A stretch of 64,000 bases of DNA from a virus (Duplodnaviria; Caudoviricetes), in the IMG/VR virus record IMGVR_UViG_3300021255_003269, positions 735 to 64,734 of that record; one strand, 5' to 3'. Shown piece after piece: positions 54,234-63,885 of the stretch (positions are counted from its first letter, which is position 1; every line of letters begins with the position of its first letter). Made by a program: the position numbers and the translations under genes. The notes under the pieces were generated by a model. That model ran no database searches, had not been told where the DNA came from, and worked only from the letters and a program-made list of their open reading frames with translations.

Positions 54234-54896
54234 TTAAGCAGACAGCAGAGCCAGCACCTCGTCGGGAGACGGCAGATAAGCCTCTTCAGAGTCGGTGCCA
54301 TACAAGGCATCTTCGAGCTTCTTAAGCTTAGCTTTCGCAGCTTCAGTAGTGAAGTCTGTGGAATCGATAACTAGCAGGCTAGTGGCTTTGTGACCGGTGA
54401 CATTGACAGGCGTGGAGTCAAACTCCCAGCTCAGAGTAATGGCATCGGGACTGTCATTAATGGTTTCATAAGCACGCTCAGAAGGAGAGCAAGTGCAGTT
54501 ATAAACCAGATGCAGTTTATAGCCATACTCTGGAGATTCATCATTACCCTGCTCAGTCCGATAACACATACCAAACGCTTCACGAGACTGCTGGCCAATG
54601 GTCACACCAGTGGTCAAGGTCGCTTCGCCATTGCAGGCTGCAAACTCGTCAGGATAAGTATACGCTTCGATCGTACCACCAAAGGTTTCAGCAGAACGGA
54701 AGCTCGCATACTTAATATTGTCAGCATAAAGGTCAGTCTTTTCAGCGCCTTCAGGACTCTCAGTGACACTTGTGAGGCCATTCCAGGCAGCACCAATCCA
54801 CTTCGCAGGGGTCTCGGAATTCTTTCTGTAAACGACACCCTTGGATACGCCATTTTCATACTTCTTCTGGCCCTGTTCATCCCACTTCAGTTTCAT
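54234..54896 (-). CDS. Major tail protein
   Basis: AWNGLTSVTESPEGAE...YADNIKY...IEAYTYPDEF. Confidence 0.9.
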   Translation of the reverse strand: MKLKWDEQGQKKYENGVSKGVVYRKNSETPAKWIGAAWNGLTSVTESPEGAEKTDLYADNIKYASFRSAETFGGTIEAYTYPDEFAACNGEATLTTGVTIGQQSREAFGMCYRTEQGNDESPEYGYKLHLVYNCTCSPSERAYETINDSPDAITLSWEFDSTPVNVTGHKATSLLVIDSTDFTTEAAKAKLKKLEDALYGTDSEEAYLPSPDEVLALLSA

Positions 54897-54910
54897 GTGG
54901 TTTTTCCTCC

Positions 54911-55291
54911 TTAATAATAGATCTTAAAGACATAGTGATTCAAATTGTCGGAAACAAAAAATCGCTGAAACCTACATGTAGGTAATTCAGCAATCTTTTC
55001 CCTTATTACGGATTCAGGATCTCTGTCAATCACAGTTAACTGGTAAACATGATCCCAGTGATATGGGTGATTATTGGCATAAAGCGAAGGCATATCATCA
55101 AGTTTATACACCACACAAGGATACTTTAGCTTTTTGCTTGCCGGTGGTTGAAAATATACATGCTCTTTAGCTTCCTGCTTAATAAGCTCTTGAATATTGT
55201 CGGTTTCAAAATTCAAAGGATCCCATAGCCACTTCTCAAGAGTAGCAAGTTTATCACAGATCATATGATGCAGATCAATCCGTTGGCCCAT
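54911..55291 (-). CDS. Tail terminator / neck protein
   Basis: VYFQPP...YPCVVY...Y.LTVIDRDPES...DNLNHYVF. Confidence 0.75.
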   Translation of the reverse strand: MGQRIDLHHMICDKLATLEKWLWDPLNFETDNIQELIKQEAKEHVYFQPPASKKLKYPCVVYKLDDMPSLYANNHPYHWDHVYQLTVIDRDPESVIREKIAELPTCRFQRFFVSDNLNHYVFKIYY

Positions 55292-55607
55292 TGTATACGC
55301 CTCCGATCTGCAGCATCAACCTGGGGCGTTGGACTTCAACATTTTCAACCTTCCATTTGGTTCCCATCCATTCAACATACTTTATTGCAAAGAAATGTTC
55401 AAATGCATAGGAGTCCGCAATGATGCTGATCCGATTGTTGACAGTTAAATTATCCAAAACGCTATCCTGATTAGATTCATACCGACGATTATTTGAGAGG
55501 ACGTCACCATAGTAATTTCGCTTTTTGATGGCGTCCTCCCAAATTCCATCACGTTCTCCAGTTTGCTCTTCGCTGATCCCGAATCCGACTTCACCGAAGA
55601 ACTTCAT
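55275..55607 (-). CDS. Head-closure (head-tail adaptor) protein
   Basis: YYGDV...ISIIADSYA...KWKVENVEVQRPRL. Confidence 0.75.
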   Translation of the reverse strand: MKFFGEVGFGISEEQTGERDGIWEDAIKKRNYYGDVLSNNRRYESNQDSVLDNLTVNNRISIIADSYAFEHFFAIKYVEWMGTKWKVENVEVQRPRLMLQIGGVYNGPTD

Positions 55608-55618
55608 TTTGATTTACC

Positions 55619-57676
55619 TCAGTCGCCAGTGGTCTCGAACTCGAGAGCAATGGCAGAATAGGGGCGAGTCAGCATGCCGCTGCAACGGGTTTCAAGCAGG
55701 CTCAGTTCCTGGTTGAACCGAATATCGAAGTCGGTGAAATGAGTAATCTCGCCACCCTTAGTAGAACCAACGCTATAGTCAGCCAGATTGACCATAAGAC
55801 CAAGCAGACCATAGTTCTTCTCGACGCCGGAAACAGTCGCCTTACGGGTCTTGCCCTCAAACTGCTCAGCAGTAATGATCTCATTGACATTCAGGGCAGC
55901 CTTCAGCTCAGACACATTGTCATAAATACGACGGCCATTCAGGTCACGAGCCAGCAGCATCACATTGACCAGATGCGGAGTGCAGAAGAAGTCGGGGTTA
56001 CCAGAGCCCTTATACTTCTCACGAGCATACAGCAGCTCCTGAATAATAGCTTCGGCATAAACATAATTATCGCCGAAGTGCTTGCTGGAATCAGCGCCGT
56101 TCATCGTTGTGCGCATGCCTTCGATGTCAACAGTGCGATGGATGGTGAAGAAATCGTCATCAGTCCAAATAGGAATGATCTTGGTCTTATCGATCGCCTT
56201 CACATCATCATCGCCGCCATTGCGGCCATCACCAATCATGATCTGACGGGCCAGTTCCTCGTTCAGATTCATGCGATCGGAGTTGTACATGTAATTAACA
56301 ATGTTAAAGTCAGTGATGTCAAGGATGTCATCACGATCCAGCTTACTAAGAATATAAATCGTGGTCGGATCAACAGTACGACCAAGCAGGTCCAGATTAC
56401 CAACGAATTCCTTCTGAGTCTGCTTCTTGTAGCCACGAGCACGACGATTTTCAATATCGCGCGCATCAGCAAAACGCACACGCAGACGGCTCATGGGGCT
56501 CTTATGAACCTTATTGATAACCTTGCTGATCCAACCCTGATCGGTAGTCAGCATTTCCGGTTCGGGGCCATTCAGCAGCTTATAATCCGGGAACAGCGTA
56601 GAAATGTTATTAAAGCCGAGATCAGCATGAGTCAGCTCATCGAAGTTCAGCTTATTGTCCTCAGCCCAACCCTTAAGCAGATTCTTCAGGCTAAGATGAT
56701 TCTCGCGGGCATAGTTTACCATGTCAGCGCCTTCGGCATGGCTCAGAACAGCAGTCTTGGCGGCCTTGTTGTCACCATAAGTTTCGAAAACATTCGTTTT
56801 CATTTCAAAATCCTCTCCTTCATCATCTGAATGTTCAGCTTCTTCATCAGTGGTTTCGTCATCGCCTTCAAGGGCTCTACCAACCAGGAACTCAACTACC
56901 TGACGTTCCTCTTCGGTCATATCATCAAGAACATCCTGTACGGTACGACCATCATCAGTGCCAGCAGCTTCGCCTTTGTCGTCAGCATGCTCCATTTCTT
57001 CAGGAGGCTGACCACCATTTTCTTTAGATGCCAAGGCCTGCTCAATGAGGAACTCGGTGACTTTACGTTTTTCTTCAGTCATAGCATCGAGAACATCCTG
57101 GACAGTGCGCTCCTTACCTTCAGAAGCCTTCTTTTCTTCTTCTGGTTTTTCCTCATCAGCATGACTCAAAACTTCTTCATTTTTTTCATCCTCCGAATCA
57201 TCTACGTCAGAATGGAACAACTCGATGCCCTCATCTACACGAATAAAGGCTTCAGTGTCACTCTCTTCACCATGCGCCAAAATGGGGAAGTCGATTACTG
57301 CACCGGGATTAGCACCGGCAAGAACCACACTGACTTCCTTAATCGAGCCATGCAGGACATCACCTTTGCTCTGAGTCAGATTATTGGCCCAAATACTGAG
57401 ACTGCATACATCGCCATGGCGAACAATCTCCTTGGCCTGTTTACCGGTATGCGTATCATTGAAAGAACAATACGCATAAACACCTTCGTCCCGATTTTCA
57501 AGAAGCGCATGGCCAAGCACATTTTCAGGATCATTGTGCTGATGCATCCACACCAGCGGTACCACACGACCGTCATCATCTTTAAAAGCATTACGACGAA
57601 TCGTTCGACCATCAGCGCAGCGCAAGTCATTTTTAGTTGCCCAACCGCTGAAGTCATAAGTCTTCGGCTTCTTCAT
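55619..57676 (-). CDS. Prohead protease-scaffold-major capsid fusion
   Basis: VPLVWMH and EVSVVLAGANPGA protease motifs; acidic repeated scaffold region; capsid-type C-terminal ~390 aa. Confidence 0.9.
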   Translation of the reverse strand: MKKPKTYDFSGWATKNDLRCADGRTIRRNAFKDDDGRVVPLVWMHQHNDPENVLGHALLENRDEGVYAYCSFNDTHTGKQAKEIVRHGDVCSLSIWANNLTQSKGDVLHGSIKEVSVVLAGANPGAVIDFPILAHGEESDTEAFIRVDEGIELFHSDVDDSEDEKNEEVLSHADEEKPEEEKKASEGKERTVQDVLDAMTEEKRKVTEFLIEQALASKENGGQPPEEMEHADDKGEAAGTDDGRTVQDVLDDMTEEERQVVEFLVGRALEGDDETTDEEAEHSDDEGEDFEMKTNVFETYGDNKAAKTAVLSHAEGADMVNYARENHLSLKNLLKGWAEDNKLNFDELTHADLGFNNISTLFPDYKLLNGPEPEMLTTDQGWISKVINKVHKSPMSRLRVRFADARDIENRRARGYKKQTQKEFVGNLDLLGRTVDPTTIYILSKLDRDDILDITDFNIVNYMYNSDRMNLNEELARQIMIGDGRNGGDDDVKAIDKTKIIPIWTDDDFFTIHRTVDIEGMRTTMNGADSSKHFGDNYVYAEAIIQELLYAREKYKGSGNPDFFCTPHLVNVMLLARDLNGRRIYDNVSELKAALNVNEIITAEQFEGKTRKATVSGVEKNYGLLGLMVNLADYSVGSTKGGEITHFTDFDIRFNQELSLLETRCSGMLTRPYSAIALEFETTGD

Positions 57677-57690
57677 GAAGTGCCCTCCTT

Positions 57691-59001
57691 TTAATAATTG
57701 TCAATCTCAGAAACCTTCATATCAGCGATATTCGTCGCCGGCTCTTCCGCCGGATAGGCTCCAGATTCTTCTGAATAGCCTTCCATGCCAGGGCCGGGAC
57801 TTGCATTAATGTTCCGGTTCCTGAGTTCGTCTGCTCCGGGATCGATGGCAGGCTTGAAGCCGATCAACTGCCTGACCTCGTTCGGTGTCATGATTTCATT
57901 CATGGCAAACTGACTGCCGAGATTTACAATGGATTCGACAGGAGCAAGCTTGAACAAATCTCTGAAGAACACGATTTTTTGGTTCTGAGAACGAGCTGTT
58001 TTGGTCAGAAATTTTCGATTAAATTCATCTGCAATCGCTGACACAATTGGCTCAATAGTGCGGCTAAAATAATTCAGCATCGTCTTCTCGTCGGCAGTCC
58101 CCTCAAAAACCTCCTTGGTCATACCTAACTGGCTATATAGCATGCTCGTAAGTGAATCAATTTGGGCTAAGAGGTTGTTTTCGACTGGTCGATTTAGCTG
58201 AGTTATCTTCTCTGTAGCGTCCGTATAGGCTACACCGTATTTGCTGGAAGCCAACTGAGATTCAAGTTCTTTACGTCGGTTCTCGGCTTCTTGTTTCCTC
58301 ATAGGAGTTTTTGTCATATACGGAAGGTGAATGATCAAATCCAGTTTGCCGCTGCTTGCTTGTTCATCCACCGCATCAAGAAGACTCATTTTATGAATAA
58401 GCCGTTTCATTGTTGAATTCGGCTCGTTCATCACGTTATAAAGCGGATTTTGAATAATCGCCACAATGCTTTTAGGAAGCGTAATCTCTTCTTTTTTGCC
58501 AGTGGCTTCGTTATACATCCTAAGTCTTACATGCTTTGGATACCATTGCACGATCTGTGCGACACGAAGAGTTTTTATGTCATAGCTGCCTGTCAATCTT
58601 GGATTGAATGTAGTGTCAACTGGCACAGCAGCGATGACACCTTCGTCGCACATGCTTTCGACAAGATCTTGAAAGAAGTCCCGTGAAGTCTGATCGATAT
58701 TAGCCTCAGTATTCATGCAATAATTAAGACCGCTATTAATAGTCTCAACATAGCGGTCGAATTCATCCAATCTGGCATGTTGTATTTTGACAGAACTAAC
58801 GTCTATTGCGATCCTCGTATAAATAGAGGCCACAATCGTTCGTTCAACACCACGGCGTAACGGTATTCGATCCTGCCGAATAGTGTAACTCGGTCCGAGA
58901 TCCTGCCGCTGTATTACCTGCTGATCTCTTCCGAGAAAAGCATTCCATGCATGGCGAACCCGGTCACCAAGACGCATTCCGTCTGCTTGGTAATCAGCCA
59001 A
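57691..59001 (-). CDS. Portal protein (HK97-type)
   Basis: IAIDVSS...LNRPVENNLL...TPNEVRQLIGFKP. Confidence 0.9.
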   Translation of the reverse strand: MADYQADGMRLGDRVRHAWNAFLGRDQQVIQRQDLGPSYTIRQDRIPLRRGVERTIVASIYTRIAIDVSSVKIQHARLDEFDRYVETINSGLNYCMNTEANIDQTSRDFFQDLVESMCDEGVIAAVPVDTTFNPRLTGSYDIKTLRVAQIVQWYPKHVRLRMYNEATGKKEEITLPKSIVAIIQNPLYNVMNEPNSTMKRLIHKMSLLDAVDEQASSGKLDLIIHLPYMTKTPMRKQEAENRRKELESQLASSKYGVAYTDATEKITQLNRPVENNLLAQIDSLTSMLYSQLGMTKEVFEGTADEKTMLNYFSRTIEPIVSAIADEFNRKFLTKTARSQNQKIVFFRDLFKLAPVESIVNLGSQFAMNEIMTPNEVRQLIGFKPAIDPGADELRNRNINASPGPGMEGYSEESGAYPAEEPATNIADMKVSEIDNY

Positions 59002-59023
59002 CGGTATTCGCCTCCTTTAGTTT

Positions 59024-59470
59024 TTAAATAAGCCACTTGGCACCACGGCCGACATGCCTGCGAAGAAATGATGCGGCTTTAGCGTTGCGCAAAAATGTCT
59101 GTCCCAAATCTAATGCCGCTTTATAGTTCTTAGTCATAGCAGCAGCTGTAACACCAATTGCCGTGCCAACAAGGATCTTTTTTGCAGCGCTAATAAGTTC
59201 CTTCTTCACAGGATGCCGATTGTCGATATTCTGTTTATACTGACTTTCGCGCTGCATACGGTTATTGCGGCGGTTTAATTCGTCATCACTAAGCCATTTG
59301 GCTTCATTCTTCTGCCATGTGTCGCTTTCGGCTACTTTTTTTGCTCTCCTACGACCTTTAGGATGTATGAGTGTACCATCTGGATTCTGATAATTACGAA
59401 TTCCCCATTTTTGACCTTTTACGCCATAATGAGCAAGGTAGCCTTCGTATTCAGTATTCATGACGGTCAC
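59024..59470 (-). CDS. DUF7211-like small protein 1
   Basis: YLAHYGVKGQKWGIRNYQNPDGTL. Confidence 0.8.
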   Translation of the reverse strand: MTVMNTEYEGYLAHYGVKGQKWGIRNYQNPDGTLIHPKGRRRAKKVAESDTWQKNEAKWLSDDELNRRNNRMQRESQYKQNIDNRHPVKKELISAAKKILVGTAIGVTAAAMTKNYKAALDLGQTFLRNAKAASFLRRHVGRGAKWLI

Positions 59471-60078
59471 CTCTTAAACTTTGGAGCATTGCGTCGCAAT
59501 TGTTCAAGATTCTTGTTTACTTGATATGTAGCCCTTGCATTTTTAGCTTTCATCATAATCGAACTAAGTGCAGTTTTACCCCAATGAGCAATTTTAGACC
59601 CAGCTCCAGTGTATTTAAGAATACCACCAATAGCAATAGCAGCAGTGGTCATTGGCACAGCATTTCCCATTAGAAAATTCTTGACACCTCTAGCAGTTCG
59701 TGCTGTTGTATCCTTAACGTCTTGAACTTTCCTTTGCCGATTAGCAGTATACTGATTCTTCTCAGAATTCTGTAGGCTAAGCTGTCTTTCAAACTCTTTT
59801 TTATAATCTGGATCTTTACTTCTTTCGTTGACAATATTTCTAATTTTCTTGCGTCTAGTGCCAGCGCCTTCGCCATAATATGCTTTGGCAATGGCATATT
59901 CTTTAGCATCTTTGGCAGCATCTTTATTAAGTTTACGCCAATCTTTCTTATCACCAACGCCATAACGAGTCCGGCCTTCTTGGGTCAAGCTACCATCTTC
60001 ATTTTGAAAACGACGAATACCATGCTTCTGCCCTTTGATGCCATAGTGTTCAAGGTATTGAGAATATTCGTAAGTCAT
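59467..60078 (-). CDS. DUF7211-like small protein 2
   Basis: YLEHYGIKGQKHGIRRFQNEDGSLT. Confidence 0.8.
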   Translation of the reverse strand: MTYEYSQYLEHYGIKGQKHGIRRFQNEDGSLTQEGRTRYGVGDKKDWRKLNKDAAKDAKEYAIAKAYYGEGAGTRRKKIRNIVNERSKDPDYKKEFERQLSLQNSEKNQYTANRQRKVQDVKDTTARTARGVKNFLMGNAVPMTTAAIAIGGILKYTGAGSKIAHWGKTALSSIMMKAKNARATYQVNKNLEQLRRNAPKFKR

Positions 60079-60089
60079 TTCTTTTCTCC

Positions 60090-60602
60090 TTAATGACCAG
60101 AGGGTAATCCTCGAAATCCTATCTGATAATTTCGTTTACTTACATATCTGGCACCCATTTTTCTGTATTTCATATTCTTAATGAAGTTATTAACAACCTG
60201 GCTGTTTTTAGCTTTTACGGCAGCATTCGCTAAGCCTTTAATAGATATAGCACCAGCCTTGAGTATGGTGCGCTTGGCAATATTCTTAAACTTAAAACCT
60301 GTTGCCATATTGGCAAGATTATAGGCTGCGGCTCCATATAGCACAGCTTTAGCTAACCTTATCCTTCTTTTTTTTCTATCTATAGCTTTTTGGCGCTGCT
60401 TTATCAAAGCTTCACGCTTAGCATTTAGCATATCGGGCTGTTCTAACTGCCGTTCAAAACCGTGTAATTCATTGTCAAGTAAGCCATATCTTCTTTTTCC
60501 TTCTGTTGTAAGAGTTCCGTCCTCATTTTGAAAACGACGTTGCCCCCATTTCTGGCCTTTGACACCAAAATGCGCAAGATAAGCTTCATATTCGACGGTC
60601 AT
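60090..60602 (-). CDS. DUF7211-like small protein 3
   Basis: YLAHFGVKGQKWGQRRFQNEDGTLT; start re-called at MTVEYE. Confidence 0.8.
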   Translation of the reverse strand: MTVEYEAYLAHFGVKGQKWGQRRFQNEDGTLTTEGKRRYGLLDNELHGFERQLEQPDMLNAKREALIKQRQKAIDRKKRRIRLAKAVLYGAAAYNLANMATGFKFKNIAKRTILKAGAISIKGLANAAVKAKNSQVVNNFIKNMKYRKMGARYVSKRNYQIGFRGLPSGH

Positions 60603-60625
60603 CTTTGTTCTCCATTCTTGCCAAT

Positions 60626-60651
60626 CGCGGCATAAACATCCTCTTCTATGA
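60626..60651 (+). promoter_or_regulatory. Phage promoter motif copy 11 (only plus-strand copy)
   Basis: CGCGGCATAAACATCCTCTTCTATGA; same spacing as the consensus. Confidence 0.55.
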
Positions 60652-60683
60652 AGAGATAACTCAATACAAAGGAGGATCACAAA

Positions 60684-60800
60684 ATGATTATTAGTGGATT
60701 TTTAGTAAAGGTATGTTTTTGGGTTGGCGTTTATACAATCATAAAAAAGATCATAACTTTTATTAACACAATAAATGAGAACAATAAGAAAGACAATTGA
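60684..60800 (+). CDS. 38-aa hydrophobic peptide, the only credible plus-strand gene (not in ORF track)
   Basis: SD AAGGAGG; MIISGFLVKVCFWVGVYTIIKKIITFINTINENNKKDN. Confidence 0.7.
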   Translation: MIISGFLVKVCFWVGVYTIIKKIITFINTINENNKKDN

Positions 60801-60814
60801 TGATCTCTTCGGAA

Positions 60815-60850
60815 AGAGAGCATGAAAAACATGGCTCTCTTTTTTTTTTT
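60815..60850. terminator. Terminator between TerL and the plus-strand peptide
   Basis: AAGAGAGC / GCTCTCTT stem followed by a long T-tract on the plus strand. Confidence 0.7.
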
Positions 60851-62588
60851 AATCAAATGTCTCTCGATTTAGTTTATATGCAACATAAGCATCGATCAAA
60901 GCTGCAACACTATCAATCTTTTGGTCATAGCGCCTTTTCCACAGTTTACGATTTCCATTAGTGTCCTCAAGAGTAATTGCATTACCCATTGTGAACTTCA
61001 TGATCTCTTGATCAAATATAAGAAGTCGTTCTTCAGCTAATTTCTTAATTTCGCCAATCGGAACGCTTTCGGTCTTAGAACCCTGAGGAACTTTCTCTAC
61101 GCCATATTGGCCGTTCTCTTGGCAATATCTTTCAACAAACTCTCTTGCATTATATGGGTCATAACCAAATGCACGAATATCGTATTCTGCTTTTGTATTA
61201 TATGCATCAAGATCGTCGTATACTTGCATCATATCAAGAACGGCTCCTGGCATAACAACAAGACTATCCTCCTGAAGGAACTTATCATACTCTTGCCGCA
61301 TAGAAGGTGTTAACCGCATCAAAGTTAATTCTGTAATGTAGCAACGTGTCTTTACTCCAAATTGTCCACGACCAAGAGGAAACAAATAAGTAAAAGCACA
61401 GAAGTCGTCACCTTGAGAAAGGTCAGCACCAAGAGCGCAAGACATTCTCCAGAATTCTCGTTTGCGATGAGGAATCGTTTCTTCATAAGTAAAGAAATAG
61501 GTTGAGCCTTCCATAGGGATGTTAAATCTCTTGGCAAGAATATCATTCCTAGCAGCAGGAGCACGCTCGGCTCTTTCTTTTTCCAGCTGATAAGTTTCAT
61601 AACTGACAGTTAGGCCAAGATTCGGATTGGCTTTAAGCCATTTGCTAGGATCATCGACTTCTTTTATATCGTCAAGTTTATAATACCAAATACTAGTATG
61701 AGGATCCTGATATTCGCCACGAAGAATAGACATCAATTCCATCTTAATGTCATCGCCTGGGCCATTACGAACAGTACCTTCTGAACTTGTTGCAACGATC
61801 AGCCAGTCTTCATTTTTAGAAGCGCCTTGCTCAAGAGCACCGACAACATCTTCACGTACGGTACCAGACAGCCACTCGTCAATCGTATTGTATGGCGTTC
61901 TTAAACCATTAAGCTTATCGATACTCATTGGCCTAATTTCGAGCAAACTACCTGTCAAAAAGTTCTCAATTCCTCGCTTCGTACTGGCGAGTTTCGACTT
62001 AAGAAGTTTTGAGCCAACGGTAGCCTGAACACTTCCCTCGACCATAAACTGAATAACTGGTCCTCTTGCTCGAGCGATAGCTGTTCGTAGAGGACTAAGC
62101 ATTTCTTCAGCTTGCTTCATAGTAGGTGCTGTTGTCACCTGATGAGTAGTCTTATTATAGACAATCAGAAAGAATGCCTGAATGCACATGGCATACATTG
62201 TTTTTGCAGCACCACGAGGTATGATTAAGTATTGTTTGTTAATTAACCGCTTTTTAACTCGCCGTTTTATATAATGCCAATGGCCATCGGGACCAGGGCG
62301 AGGGACCGGCCTCTCAACGAAATAATACCAGCCGAAAACCTGCTCAGCCCACAGTTTAAATGTGTCCATGAGGTGAAGATCTTCGCCATCTGTCAATGTC
62401 AATTCATTTTCACAAAATTCAATAAAACCATTAATGGCTTCGTCATCATAGTAATATTTGGGATCACGGATCAATGCATCGATGCGGTTCATTTCCATGC
62501 TGACTTCTTGGCAGACAGGTATCTTACCTTGTATTACAGCATTCCTGAATTGCCCGTAATAAATCGGAGTTGCTGTATTAGATAGCAT
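60849..62588 (-). CDS. terL: Terminase large subunit
   Basis: IPRGAAKT Walker A, IDEW Walker B, GADLSQGDD and GYDPYNA nuclease motifs, KIDSVAALIDA. Confidence 0.95.
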   Translation of the reverse strand: MLSNTATPIYYGQFRNAVIQGKIPVCQEVSMEMNRIDALIRDPKYYYDDEAINGFIEFCENELTLTDGEDLHLMDTFKLWAEQVFGWYYFVERPVPRPGPDGHWHYIKRRVKKRLINKQYLIIPRGAAKTMYAMCIQAFFLIVYNKTTHQVTTAPTMKQAEEMLSPLRTAIARARGPVIQFMVEGSVQATVGSKLLKSKLASTKRGIENFLTGSLLEIRPMSIDKLNGLRTPYNTIDEWLSGTVREDVVGALEQGASKNEDWLIVATSSEGTVRNGPGDDIKMELMSILRGEYQDPHTSIWYYKLDDIKEVDDPSKWLKANPNLGLTVSYETYQLEKERAERAPAARNDILAKRFNIPMEGSTYFFTYEETIPHRKREFWRMSCALGADLSQGDDFCAFTYLFPLGRGQFGVKTRCYITELTLMRLTPSMRQEYDKFLQEDSLVVMPGAVLDMMQVYDDLDAYNTKAEYDIRAFGYDPYNAREFVERYCQENGQYGVEKVPQGSKTESVPIGEIKKLAEERLLIFDQEIMKFTMGNAITLEDTNGNRKLWKRRYDQKIDSVAALIDAYVAYKLNRETFD

Positions 62589-63043
62589 CAGTCATCACGC
62601 TCTTCCAAATAATATGGATCAGAATCCGGCCATTCAGTTTCTTGAGTACTAACTTCATCAGCTTCATCGGCTTCCAACTTCTGGTAATAACCGAGTCTCG
62701 ATCCATCGCCTGGATAGAACTCTGCTTGTTCGCGAAGACGCCATTCGAGCTCTTCTTTTTGCTGTTTGAGTGCATCCATCACAAATGAACTGGCAGGAGG
62801 ATCAAAAACCATTTTGACGCAAATATAGATGTAGTTCTTAACGCCATCGATCATGATCCCTTCAGGATTTAAATCATCCCATGTTTCGTTCGGACCAGTT
62901 ATTGTGATACCCGATCCAACGCCGAGTTGCTGTAAAGTCATTAATGCAGAATTAATAAAAACTATAATATCGACATCGAAGGCTGTATAATCATCGCCAA
63001 GCCCTAGCATCTTCTTTATAGTCAACAAAATACTATTAGGCAT
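62588..63043 (-). CDS. Head-tail connector (gp6/gp15-like)
   Basis: SILLTIKKMLG...FDVDII...LQQLGVG...FDPPASS...ELEWRL; start re-called. Confidence 0.8.
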   Translation of the reverse strand: MPNSILLTIKKMLGLGDDYTAFDVDIIVFINSALMTLQQLGVGSGITITGPNETWDDLNPEGIMIDGVKNYIYICVKMVFDPPASSFVMDALKQQKEELEWRLREQAEFYPGDGSRLGYYQKLEADEADEVSTQETEWPDSDPYYLEERDD

Positions 63044-63094
63044 AAATAATCCTCCTTTCCAATCAAGATAAAAACACCAATCCATGTTCTTAAC

Positions 63095-63538
63095 TTAAGA
63101 AGCCTTCCATGGAATGGTGTCGTTTGGTGTTCTTTCTTTAAACTCTTCTGGCAAAAGTGTTTCATCACCGTAATGAATTGCCTGATGTGTGTTAAACGAA
63201 ACACAGACAACATTATTCATATCGAATATCGCTGGACTGCGGTCCTCAACATCTTTGACGGTTAATGGAATGATGTGGTGAATAATTATTCTATCGCCTA
63301 GGATTTCTCGCCCAGGCATTGCCATATCACAGCCATTATCTCGAACAATTACATCCCGTCTGAATCTCCTCCACTCAGGTGAAGTATACAAAACCTGATT
63401 TAAATATCGTTCGAAGCCAAATGTTGACTCGCCTACGACACCTCCAATGCGAAGGTAATCGTAGCGTTCTATAAATGTCTTTAAACGAATCAATCCTTTG
63501 TAATTTCTAAACGAAAATATAGAACTCGTTTTGTTCAT
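63095..63538 (-). CDS. HNH endonuclease (packaging-associated)
   Basis: EWRRFRRDVIVRDNGCD...IHHI...N...THQAIHYG. Confidence 0.85.
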   Translation of the reverse strand: MNKTSSIFSFRNYKGLIRLKTFIERYDYLRIGGVVGESTFGFERYLNQVLYTSPEWRRFRRDVIVRDNGCDMAMPGREILGDRIIIHHIIPLTVKDVEDRSPAIFDMNNVVCVSFNTHQAIHYGDETLLPEEFKERTPNDTIPWKAS

Positions 63539-63885
63539 TCTATGTCCTCGCTGTCATCACGGTTGATACTGCCGCCATAAGACTTCATAGCATTGGTGGC
63601 CTTTAAGAACAGTTCCTCCAATCTTGCAGTAGACTGAATGGCATTGGTCTTAGCTTCCAATTGCAGTATCTCTTTTTGCAACTTTTGTTTTTCGAGTTCT
63701 TCTTTTGTGGTAGCCAACTTCAAATAATGACAGATCAGCTGATTTGAAGCTGAACCGTCCATTAATTTCTTTTCTGCGAGATCCACAGCTAAAGAAATCA
63801 TCTGCTGTTCTCGCGCAGCCGGGTCTAACGCAGGGGCTCGACGTCTTCCGCCTGGCCGATCTGAGTTTTTTGTCATCCCAGCCAT
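63535..63885 (-). CDS. Putative terminase small subunit
   Basis: PALDPAAREQQMISLA.DLAEK...GSAS.Q...HYLKL; position upstream of HNH and TerL. Confidence 0.6.
   Translation of the reverse strand: MAGMTKNSDRPGGRRRAPALDPAAREQQMISLAVDLAEKKLMDGSASNQLICHYLKLATTKEELEKQKLQKEILQLEAKTNAIQSTARLEELFLKATNAMKSYGGSINRDDSEDIE

Noticed and set aside
141-63213. The many long plus-strand ORFs in the track (e.g. 4686-5288, 9663-10454, 30362-31234, 48622-49899, 55739-56830)
   Set aside because: They are antisense shadows of well-supported minus-strand genes, with no SD or recognisable motifs.
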